From an uncultured Planctomycetota bacterium (GTDB taxonomy: Bacteria; Planctomycetota; Planctomycetia; Isosphaerales; Isosphaeraceae): a DNA stretch of 64,000 nucleotides. Under the pieces are notes generated by a model that worked only from the letters and a program-made list of their open reading frames with translations, ran no database searches and had not been told where the DNA came from. The position numbers and the translations under genes are program-made. The stretch is from NCBI GenBank assembly GCA_963823665.1, contig CAWGMQ010000008.1, positions 1,920,001-1,984,000 of the forward strand, in the 5' to 3' direction. Below, piece after piece: positions 25,037 through 34,802 of this stretch (position 1 is the stretch's first letter; each line of letters opens with the position of its first letter).

Positions 25037-26590
25037 GCCTCCTCAGCAGAATCTGTGGGTAAATTCTGGCTCAGGCAGGGCGCCAAGGCTGTGATACAAG
25101 GCGTTTTTCACTGCATCGAACGTCCGAAAACCGTACGCCTTTCTCGTCGTCAATTTCACCTTGTTGTTCAGGCCCTCTGCAATGCCTGCGGAAATCGTCC
25201 CACGGGCCTTGAACCAATTCAGGATCAATTCTTCATGGCTGCGAAGCCTTCGAGCCACTTTCTTCATTGGCTCGATCTTTGATCGCATCGTCCTGGTGCA
25301 CCACTCGTGCAGAAATCGACTCGCCCAGCCGTGATATTGGTAAGTCCAGAAACGCTGAAAATCCTCCCGCAAAAGATAGCTTCTCACGGACTTTAGGTTG
25401 TACTGCACCAGTTCGGCCAATCTCACGGTCTGCTTCTTTGTTAGGTTCTCCGGCCGCTTCAGCAGGCACCATCGCGCCCGTTTCAGGACTGGCTCGTAGC
25501 CATCTCGCTTCAGCCGGCGCGCTTCCTCGGCACGTACTTCGTCGATCGCCTTATTCATCGCTTGCATGATGTGAAAGCGGTCGAGCACGTGGATCGCGCC
25601 AGAAACCTCTTGGGCCAGCACGTTGAGGTACGGTTTCCACATATCGCTGCATAGATAGCGGATCGAGTTCTTGGTCTCGTCGGTTATGGTTTGGAAAAAG
25701 CCACGCAGGCTTTCCTCCGTCCGGTCCAACCCAATCCAGAGCAACCGCCTGAACCCAGCGTCAATCTGGTAAACCAGCGTCAGGTAATGATGGCCCCTTT
25801 GCCACTGCACTTCGTCTACAGCGATGGCCTTGATTCCGGTCATCGTCCGTCTCGCCAAGCCCCATGCGACTGCATACTCGACCGAGCGGTACACAGTTTC
25901 CCAGGTAGTATGGAATATCAAGGCGACTTCCAGCCACGAGAGCCGCTTGGCCCAACCGGCTAGAAACCATCGGTAGGCCGTAGTCACCGGGCTCTTGCCG
26001 TCACTCCACGGGACCTCTTCGACGATCACACCGCACTTCGGGCAGTCAACGCGCCTCATTGCGTAGACAAAGAACACAGCGATCTGCCAGAGCGGCACGA
26101 ACTCGAACCTTCGTACAGGTAGTTGATCATACCCGGCTCGCTTACGGTGGCACCCGGAGCAAACAGCTCGGCTGTTGCGGCGGGCTTCAATTTCTACCTC
26201 CAAGGCAAGTTGCTTTCCTTTCGAGACCAAACTTACCTTGCCGTACACGAAGGACTTTTGCGGTGCAATGCGATTGAGGATAGTCTTGAGGAGCATCGTG
26301 TGGGGCCTCTCGATTGGGATGGTCTTGGTAACCCTTCCCTAACCGACGGCCGCGCACGATGCACTACCCTACCTTCTTCAAAAAAACCTTTCTCAAGAAC
26401 GAGTCCGCGAAGAGCTATTTAAAACTGAACCATCAAATGTGAACTTCGCCTACCCCTCCCGCCTTCACCTTCGCTTCGCCCTCAACCTAGCAGGGCGGAC
26501 CGAATGTGAAGGTGGGAGGGAGAACCCTCCTGTCGAGCCCGAGCCGAGCTGCTGCATCGTTTTTCAACCCACAAATTCTGCCGAAGACCC
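25037..26590 (-). mobile_element. ISL3-family element, copy 1
   Basis: Ends GCCTCCTCAGCAGAATCTGTGGG and CCCACAAATTCTGCCGAAGACCC; imperfect AT-rich flanking duplication. Confidence 0.9.
25043..26296 (-). CDS. ISL3-family transposase
   Basis: Zn finger (CSGC, CPKC), IAVDE, CSDMWKPY, DRFH, AEGLNNKVK...AYGFR. Confidence 0.95.
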   Translation of the reverse strand: MLLKTILNRIAPQKSFVYGKVSLVSKGKQLALEVEIEARRNSRAVCSGCHRKRAGYDQLPVRRFEFVPLWQIAVFFVYAMRRVDCPKCGVIVEEVPWSDGKSPVTTAYRWFLAGWAKRLSWLEVALIFHTTWETVYRSVEYAVAWGLARRTMTGIKAIAVDEVQWQRGHHYLTLVYQIDAGFRRLLWIGLDRTEESLRGFFQTITDETKNSIRYLCSDMWKPYLNVLAQEVSGAIHVLDRFHIMQAMNKAIDEVRAEEARRLKRDGYEPVLKRARWCLLKRPENLTKKQTVRLAELVQYNLKSVRSYLLREDFQRFWTYQYHGWASRFLHEWCTRTMRSKIEPMKKVARRLRSHEELILNWFKARGTISAGIAEGLNNKVKLTTRKAYGFRTFDAVKNALYHSLGALPEPEFTHRFC

Positions 26591-27467
26591 AAATTATTAC
26601 TGTGGCCGCTGGGGGATCGAGATCTATTTCCGGATTCTCAAATCCGGGTGCAAGGTCGAGGAGTCCCAATTGCAGACGGCCGAGCGCTTCCTGCCGTATC
26701 TGGCGTTGTGCATGGTCGTGGCGTGGCGTATCCAGTATCTGGTAATGCTTGGCCGGGAATGTCCGGACCTGCCCTGTGACGTTGCTTTCGACGACGATGA
26801 ATGGAAGACGGTCTACGCGGCCGTCAAAAATCAACCGCCTCCCAAAAAGCCTCCCTCGCTCAAAACGATGATCGGCCTGGTGGCATCGTTGGGGGGATAC
26901 CTGGGCCGCAAGGGGGACGGGGAACCTGGACCGAAGGTTCTTTGGGTCGGCCTTCAGCGTATGACAGATCTGGTTCGCGGATGGCGAGCTTTCGCCCGGC
27001 ACGGCCAAGTCCAAGCAGAGCCGGTTCCGGCAGCCGAGCCTCCGGCAGGCCAGCCACCAGGGTGACCGTCGGTTTTGCTGCCCGCCTGACCTGCGGCTGA
27101 TCACGCCCGCGCCGGGACGGTTGTTTCCAACCAAAGGTTGAACCGCCCTCGGCGAAGTGGCCAACCCTTCCACCCCTCCCAGTAAGCCCGACGGTCTGAC
27201 ACCCCCAGCATCGCCTGGGCCGCGGCGGTTGCGCTCCCCCCACCGCCATGGCCGCGCTCCGCGTTCATAGCACCTGGTCCCATTGCGCGCCGACCTGCCT
27301 GGCTCGGGATCGTTGAAGCGGGGGCCGCGCCGGCGCCGCGCACTTGTGCGTAACCCCGAGGTGTCTTGGTTCACCGTGAAATGGAATTTCGTCCGATTGG
27401 CGTAAATGAATGGGGAACGGCATCGTGGCCTGGATGTCGCGGCATCGTGCCGCGAAGGTTTGTCGCA

Positions 27468-27605
27468 TTGGTGCCAATCCCGGAGCTGTCGTGCTGCGAT
27501 CGAGGAGAGAGCGCAGAGCCGAGGTATGCTCGGCTCTGGCTCCGGTCTTGGCCCCTGGCTCGGCGCTCGGGGTGCTCCTCAGCAGTGCCCTATCCTCCGC
27601 CCAGG
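27468..27605 (-). ncRNA. Candidate structured RNA in the IS3 3' non-coding region (copy A)
   Basis: Conserved blocks and compensatory base changes relative to 62468-62583. Confidence 0.55.
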
Positions 27606-27635
27606 TCAACATCGTTTGTAGCTCGTCCGCGATCT

Positions 27636-28918
27636 TCACGCAACCTCTTGTGACCCGTGTCTAACTGTTGCTCGACGCTCGCGCGCCTCCTCCAGCTTGC
27701 GGTCACGCTCAGCGAAGATTTCTTTTTCCAGCCCGATCAACTTGTCGGCTGGGGTCAAATAACCTAACGCGCTATGCAACCGTATATTATTGTAGTGATC
27801 CACATATGATGCAATGTGACGTAGAGCCTCATCGAACGAAGACACCGCCGCTGGCCGTACGCACTCGCGTTTCAAACTGCCGTGCCAGCGCTCAAGTTTT
27901 CCGTTCGATTGCGGATAATACGGGCTCGTCCGAACGTGCGTTATGCCCGTCAGCCGGATGAATTCCTTGAAATCCCGGGCAATGAACTGCGGGCCATTGT
28001 CACTGATGATCCGTGGCTTTTCTCCTGGATGCCGCTCCAACGCCCGCTGGATGATTGTCTCGACTTCGCGCTCGGTCATGCTCTCACGAATCTCCCAGTG
28101 CACAATGTATCGGCTGCAACCGTCCAGCACGCTCGTCAGGTAGTAAAACGTCCCCGAGACGTTGATGTAAGAGATGTCCACATGCCAGTGTTCATGAGGC
28201 ACCAGTGGTTGCACGAAGCCGGTTCCCTTCTTCGACGGTGAGAACCGCCTGCGATCGAGCCGGTTCGCTTGCTTGAGCACGCGATAGACGCTCGCTGGGC
28301 TGACGGCCACCACGTCGTCGTCGAGCATCATGAAGGTCAAGCGGCGATATCCTTCGAGAGGATGGCGATCGTGAAAATCGACGATGGCTCGTTTTTCCCA
28401 GTCCTCGAGCCACCAATCGCGCGGGACCTTGCCGTTGTGCTCGTTGACTTTGCCGTAACGGTGCTTCCAGTCGTGGAACTTACTTGTGCCCAGGCCGAGC
28501 CAACTCAGGAGCTGACGAGCCGGAAGCTCCGTGCGGTCGACCCAATGCTTGACGTAGTCGACGACCTGGTCACGCGTGTCGTGGGGAACCCAGGCTCCGT
28601 TCAGAGTTCCCCAAGTTCTTTTTTTAGCTGGACGTGCTCCTGCATCAGCTCGGCGATGACCTCGTTCTTCTTGACGAGACTGGATTGGAGCCGCTCGACG
28701 AGCTTCGCTTGAAGCCGCTCTGCGCGGGGCGGACGGCCTGCTGCGCGCTCCAAAGCATGCTCGGCCTGGTCGAGTACCTGCTTAATCCAGTTGTGGATCT
28801 GGCTGGGTTGAAGGCCGAACTCATCGGCCAAGTTGGAAACAGGCTCTTTGCCACTGATATGGCGACGGACGATTTGAGCCTTTTGCGGCGCTGAGAAATG
28901 CCGGCGCGACTGTCTCAT
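27636..28918 (-). CDS. IS3 transposase OrfAB (programmed -1 frameshift)
   Basis: OrfA HTH at 28601-28918; A7G slippery site at 28618-28625; OrfB in the -1 frame with WHVDISY, ISDNGPQF and PQSNGKLER. Confidence 0.9.
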
Positions 28919-28989
28919 GGAACTCACCTCCGATAGGGTTAATTATAACCCAACCGGCGCGACATTCTATTTTCAGGTGAGGCAGGACA

Positions 28990-29612
28990 CATTCGGTTTC
29001 TGTCTGCTGGCAGTGATAGAAAAACTCAAAGTCGTCGGCGCCACGATCAACTACGTGAATCCAGGAGGTTCCCGACGGCGGGGATCCCATTTGGATGACA
29101 AGATCACCCCAGATCTGTGATTCGCGATCGTCACGCTGCAACCGTTCGGTCCGCGTCTCCCCCTTACGAACGCGCTGACGATGATAGATCAGTTGTCCGG
29201 CCAAGCCGTGAACCCGGTCGTCTTCGGGGGAAACCATCAAACCCGAGTGAAGGTGAAAGCCTTGTCCGATACCCGAACCAACCGGCGAAAGACCTGTGAC
29301 CTGTCGGCACGGCCCGTAATCGATTTCGGTCGTGTCTGCGATGATCAATTGACGCTCACCTGCTGTCTTCTTGGTAAGCTCCCAATGGTGACTGGCGATC
29401 GCTTGAAAGGTGACGTCCTCACAATCGAAGAAATTGTATGCGGCCCTCAGATCATTCCAGGATTCGGTTTGCTGAGGAAAACTCCCGGACGGATCTGCGG
29501 CGATCTGCGTTGCCAACAGAACGAGTCGTTTGGTACGGCGTTCGTCATGAAGATCAGTGGTGGCGAATTGGGTCATGGCCCAAGTCTGCGCATCTGAAAG
29601 AAAGGTGTCCAT
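28990..29612 (-). pseudogene. Second IS4-family transposase, N-terminal half, truncated by IS3
   Basis: WAMTQF..DLHDERRTKRL, ADTTEID, HVVDRGAD; ends exactly at the IS3 terminus. Confidence 0.85.
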
Positions 29613-31159
29613 CCGAGGCTCCGGCGGTTGAAACGCGATCCCTCCCCCCCACCTCAGCGTGTGGCTTGGCTTGATATTACCAGGTGCGAAGCGAGAAAAG
29701 CCGGGAAAAGGCCGGGGAAGCGCACCTATGACCACCAGAAAATGATGGTAAGGACAAAGGCTCACGCCCCGAGCTTTACGATGCCGCCCCCAACGGGGGC
29801 TTGGGTCGTCGGCAATGGCGGAGCCTCCATTGCGCAGCTTGCTTGACCGATTATTGCCCGCGTTCGTTACAACCCGCACATCCGGACGCCACCTCAGAAG
29901 TTTCCGGGACCAAGCGGGGATTTTGCGCAAAAATTTTGACCGTTTTGCAGATCGTCTTGTTTAAAGAGACCTGCTCGATCGTCGGTCGTGGGCCGGCGAG
30001 GGATTTTGGGCAGGGCTTGATCATCCCGAAGACGAAGAGGATACGATCATGACTTCCGCGGCGAGAATTGCTGCTAGCCAGGCGAATGGGCGGAAATCTC
30101 GAGGGCCGGTCACTCCGGAAGGGCGCGCGGTCGCAAGCATGAATGCTTTGCGCCATGGCCGGCGATCCAAGCGGATGGCCCTTATCGAGGACATTTCTTA
30201 CTCGTACGAGGAACGCCGGCGCAAGTGGATGGCCCGGCATGATGCCAGTAATGATGTCGAGGAATTCATCATGTCGCGGTGCGCCTCGATGGCATCGAAA
30301 CTCGAACGCATCGAGCGCGCGGACGCGGAAGGGTTTCGCACGCAGATTGAGAAAGCGGACGACACGGAATACGCGGAGGTGCTCGCGCTGGGGAAATGCC
30401 TCGTTTTTAATCGCTGCGGATCCATGGGAACCTATGGACTGAAACCGAGCTTTGCACTCAAGGCCAAGACTTCCTTCAGCGGGCAGCCGCTCGAGCCGGA
30501 AGAGCCGTTCGTAATTGTCGGGAAACTGGAATCTAGCGAGATGGGGACGAGGCATTTGCTGGACATTTGGGGCGGGCTGCGCGCACGACTCGAGCCGGGT
30601 AAATTCTGGCAGGCTCCCGATCGGTTCCAGGCCATCCGCCTGCTCGGGCATCAGCCGATTGACGCGCGGTTCGACGAAGCCTGCGCCGCGATCTTTTATG
30701 CCAGCGCCAAGCTCGAGCGGGGGAAGCCCGAGCCGTTCAGTGAACTGCGCAGCGATCTTGATGCCGATCAGCTTACGGAGCTGCGCAAGGACGTGGCCAA
30801 ACGGTTTCCCGAGCTGGCGGCGCTCGAGGATCGAGCCGAGTGCAGGCAGATCTTGCTCGACATCGTCGATCAGAAAGTCGAACGGCTCGAAGAGATCTTG
30901 AAAAAGCATGAAGAGAACGCGGACGCTGAGGCCGAGCGAGTGGTCGCTCAGAAGGGATTTGATACCAGCCCGCGGGGCAAGCAACTGAGTGACTACGAGT
31001 TGAAGTACGATCGGGCGTATCGCCAATCGCTCGCTGTGTACGAGAAGCTGACGGGTGAAAGGCGTGGGGCCTGGAACGGCAAGGATGAAACTTGGCGCGG
31101 AGGGCCGGCACGCCCCGAGCCGAGGGTGCCGTCGCCTTACGGCACGAAAACTGATGAGT

Positions 31160-33070
31160 GACGTCTCCGACAAAAGTTCGTCGAGTTTAGTTTTCTGCGC
31201 AAGTTAATGTAAAATTTGAGTTTATGTCCATTTCTCCCTTGACTCTAGCGAGGCGCACCTCTACATTCAAGTATCCCCTGCGAAAGGAGTTGCGCCCGCC
31301 ATGATCCACATCGTTGACCCGCGGCAAAACCGCCTGTTCGACCCCTTCGAGGGCGTCATACCTCCCGCCGGTCAACGGATCATCAGCTCGGGCTGGCAGG
31401 GAGTCTTTCGACACGTCCTCCTCAAACTGATGCCCGTAGGTCAACTGGCCCAGCATTTCAGCCGGGAACTGGGAGCCCCCACCAAGGAACTGTACTCGAT
31501 GGCCGGCTTGGTCTTCATGACCGACTTCTTCGACTGGACCGCCCAAGAGGCCGCCGAGGCTTACATCTTCCGCAGCGACGTCCAATACGCCCTTAACTTG
31601 GAGCCCGGCGTTGAAGTGTCGTCGCGCACGGTCGAGCGTTACCAAAAGCTCTTTCGCGAGAACGAACTGGCCGCTCAGGTCTTCCACGACGTGACGATTG
31701 GACTGGCGGAAAAGCTCGAACTCGACATCTCCCGCCAGCGGCTCGACTCGACCCACGTCTTTTCTCACATGGCCAGCTTTGGTCGCACCAAGCTGATGGC
31801 CGTGGCAATCAAGCGGTTCCTGACCCAGGTGATCCGGCATGCCCCTGAGCGGTACGCCGCGTTGCCCGCGGAGTTCTGCGGGCGCTACGAACCGGCAGAA
31901 TCGCAGTTGTTCGCCGCCGCCAAGGATGCCGAGGCTCGACAGCGGTCGCGGCAGCAAGCAGCCGAGGACTTGTGCTGGATCATCGACCACTTCGCCAATT
32001 GTCCCGACATGACGGCCCGGTCGAGCTACAAGGCCCTAGTCACGATCTTCAGCCAGCAGTGCGAACTGAGTGAGGGCAAAGTTGTCGTGAAGGCCAAGAC
32101 CGGCGGTGACTGCGTTCAGAACCCGTCCGACCTCAGCGCCGGCTACGACGCCCACAAAGGTAAGGGCTATCAGGTGCAGATCACCGAGACGTGCAGCTCT
32201 GAGAACGAGGTGCAGTTGATCACAGGCGCTCTGCCGCAGGGTGCCGCGGAGCACGACGGCACGGCGGTGGTGCCGATGCTCGATCAACTCGAAGACTCGA
32301 AGTTGTTGCCCGAGGAGATGCTGGCTGACACGCTCTACTGCGGCGACGAGAACGTACAAGCGGCCGAGGACCGCGGCGTGGAGCTGGTCGGACCGATCCC
32401 CGGTCGGGAGCCGGCAAGCGACCCTGGGCGCTGACGCTGGACGACTTCGCGGTGGATGAACGGACCGGGCGGGTGGAAGCCTGTCCGCAAGGGCACATGC
32501 CGCTTGTGGTCGAGCGGAACGAAGAAGTAGGCACGACGCGAATCCAGATGGCGGCGGCAGCGTGCGAAGGATGCCCGTTCCGCACGTCGTGCCCGATCCA
32601 CCAAACGCGGGATGGTCGCTACGAGCTGGATTTCAGTGACAAGGATCATCGGATGGCTGGGCGTCGCCGGGAACAAGAGACACCGGTATTCGCGGAGCGG
32701 TACAGGATGCGCTCGGGCATCGAGTCGACCAATAGCGGCTTGAAGAATCGGCTGAGGTTGGAACGTCTGCGAGTGCGAGGCCGCGGGAGTGTGTTCCGTG
32801 TGATCCTGCACAAAGTGGCGGGCTGGAACGTGCTACGGGCGGCAGCGTCGAAGAAGCTGCGCGCGTGGGTGAGCCGCGAAGTGGCCCAGACGCTGAAAGG
32901 AGCTGAATCTGGGCCAACTGGGCGACTCTGCGCGCTCGTTCTGAGGCTGTGGGACGGTTTTCAGATGATTTTCCGCGGTTCTCACGGCTGTTCGGTTGAT
33001 CTTGGAGGCTGTTGGGCCGCTTGAGCGTGCATCACTGACAATTCACAGGCGGCATTCTGTCGGCAGCGTC
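31160..33070 (+). mobile_element. IS1182-like element; transposase at 31301-33024 with frameshift near 32428
   Basis: Inverted repeats GACGTCTCCGACAAAA and TTCTGTCGGCAGCGTC; direct repeat ATGAGT at 31154-31159 and 33071-33076; motifs LDSTH, GYQVQ, LADTLY, CPQG..C..CP...C and YRMRSGIE. Confidence 0.85.
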
Positions 33071-33165
33071 ATGAGTATTATGTGGAGCCTTTGGTCAAGC
33101 CGGCGGGGCGAGGTGTGAACGCTGGATCGAACGAGTCTGTGCCGGCGGCCAGCGCGGGAGCGGAC

Positions 33166-33340
33166 GGCTCACGGAGTGAGCCTGCTACTTTTGGGAGTGG
33201 TGTGGACCAGAATCGGGGGGCGACGGGGTTGGCGGCGGGCGGCTCACGGAGTGAGCCTGCTACTTTTGGGACCGGTGCGGACCAGGAACGGGGGGCGACT
33301 GCGCTGGCCGCGGGCGGCTCACGGAGTGAGCCTGTTACTC
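33166..33340 (-). repeat. Three GTAG-type REP-like palindromes at 75-bp period, in frame within the CDS
   Basis: GGCTCAC-GGA-GTGAGCC-TG(C/T)TAC at 33166, 33241 and 33316. Confidence 0.85.
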
Positions 33341-33957
33341 TGGGCGGGGCGGAGAGAGGGTGGGAGTCGGTCAAGGTCGAAGCTGAGGACGTTGTGGCGT
33401 GTCAGGGGTTCCTTCCGACACGGTGCGTTGGCTTGGACGGTGACGATCGAGACGCTGGCATAGGCAGTGCTACCCGAGACACTGGCGTAGTCAGTGAGAC
33501 GCAAGAGTGGGATGCTGGTGTCGAAGGCGACGACCCAGATGGGGACACTGGTTTGGGCGGTGACATGTATGAGGATGCTGGTTTAGCTGGTGGATTCTTT
33601 CCTGTGCGACGACCCCCCACCGCCGCCGGAGGCGGCATCTTCCCCACGAGGGGGGAGGAAATCGTGACGAACGAACCTAAACTCGATCAGGATGTGATCA
33701 CAGCACAAAATGAGGAGTCTGTTGAGGTTGTGGCGAATTCCGGTGTTTTTTCGGGACTTGACACGTTACGAACGAACCCAAAGCCGGGGTGCGGCGGGGA
33801 AGAAGAGGAAGGTGCAAGATCGAAATCCGTAGATCTCAATTCGAAGCACGAATCGCGAAATTCGGAATCCGAAGAGGAACGAGATCCCGGTGATAGCGGG
33901 AACGAAGACCAGCCGTTGGACGTGCGGCGTGCGGATATCTTGAGTCGAACGACTTGG

Positions 33958-34070
33958 GCGGAGACCCTCACCCCGGCCCTCTCCCGGGGGGAGAGGGAGC
34001 GTGATTCGGAGCGTTCGGCTTCCGCGGAGACCCTCACCCCGGCCCTCTCCCGGGGGGAGAGGGAGCGTGG
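33958..34070 (+). repeat. Two copies of a CCCTCACCCCGGCCCTCTCCC..GGGAGAGGG palindromic repeat
   Basis: Near-identical units about 66 bp apart, each encoding AETLTPALSRGERER. Confidence 0.85.
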
Positions 34071-34157
34071 TTCGAAGGACCCTGCGAAAGCTTTCCTACG
34101 CGCGAACCCCCCACCTCCGCCGGGGGCGGCACCTCCGCCGCGAAGGGGGAGGACGTG

Positions 34158-34802
34158 ATGGCGGACGAGAGCGAAGATTTCCGGGGGTTGATGGACGCTG
34201 TGCTCAAGGGGAATGGAGATGCTCTGGCATCGCTGTTCTCGATGTACCGGGAGCGGCTGCGCAGGATGGTCGAGCTGCGGATGGATGCCCGGCTTCGGGG
34301 TCGAGTTTCGCCGTCGGACATTCTTCAAGAGGCGTATCTCGGTGCGCTCAAGCGATTACCGCATTATCAGGCGAGCCCGGAGGTACCATTCTTTGTGTGG
34401 CTGCGGTCGGTGACCATGCAAAGGCTGATCGATGCTCAGCGGCGGCATCTGGGGGGGCAAGCTCGGGACGTGCGGCGGGAGGTTCGGCTGGGCCAGGTTG
34501 AGGCGATTGAGGCTCAATCGGGACAGATCGCGGAGCTGATCGCCAACACCACTTCGCCTAGCCTGGCGGTGCGCCGGGGGGAGATCATGATGCTGGTGCG
34601 CGATGCCCTGGAGCAGCTCGATGCGATCGACCGCGAGGTGCTGGTGCTGCGGCACTTCGAGCAGATGAGCAATCACGAAGCGGCGGCGGCGCTTGAGATT
34701 AAACCGGCTGCTGCAAGCAAACGGTATGTGCGTGCCGTTGAGCGGCTGAGGAGCGTGCTGGAGCAGATCACGGGTTTTGAAGGTGAAGGAGGCTCGCCGT
34801 GA
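34158..34802 (+). CDS. ECF sigma-70 factor, planctomycete-specific subfamily
   Basis: LRRMVELRMDARLRGRVSPSDILQEAYL, TTSPS, DREVLVLRHFE, AASKRYVRA. Confidence 0.9.
   Translation: MADESEDFRGLMDAVLKGNGDALASLFSMYRERLRRMVELRMDARLRGRVSPSDILQEAYLGALKRLPHYQASPEVPFFVWLRSVTMQRLIDAQRRHLGGQARDVRREVRLGQVEAIEAQSGQIAELIANTTSPSLAVRRGEIMMLVRDALEQLDAIDREVLVLRHFEQMSNHEAAAALEIKPAAASKRYVRAVERLRSVLEQITGFEGEGGSP

Larger units (their letters stand above)
23843..27360 (+). mobile_element. IS4-family (IS50/Tn5-like) element interrupted by ISL3
   Basis: Inverted repeats CTCGGGCTTACGCACAA and TTGTGCGTAACCCCGAG. The transposase starts near 24005 (DLGDERLDRR, QDTTELD, KESHRW, WLLLTS) and resumes after ISL3 (YCGRWGIEIYFRILKSGC) to 27065; several frameshifts. 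Confidence 0.85.
27362..28989 (-). mobile_element. IS3-family element, copy A (apparently intact)
   Basis: TG...CA ends with imperfect inverted repeats (TGTCCTGCCTCACCTGAAAATAGAAT and TGTCTTGGTTCACCGTGAAATGGAAT). Confidence 0.9.
30049..34158 (+). pseudogene. Conserved hypothetical protein (ANxxKSxGPxTxEG...NALxHG type) split by an IS
   Basis: Removing the IS and one copy of the duplication gives in-frame ...KTDEYYVEPL..., joining 30049-31159 to 33077-34158. Confidence 0.75.

Noticed and set aside
28821..29930. 369-aa ORF as an intact transposase
   Set aside because: Only about 28990-29612 is IS4-like; the rest is upstream sequence and IS3 terminus.
29851..31173. 440-aa ORF on the - strand
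   Set aside because: Antisense shadow of the 30049 gene.
33166..33340. CRISPR array
   Set aside because: Only three units, the spacers resemble each other, the frame is preserved, and there are no cas genes; REP-like instead.
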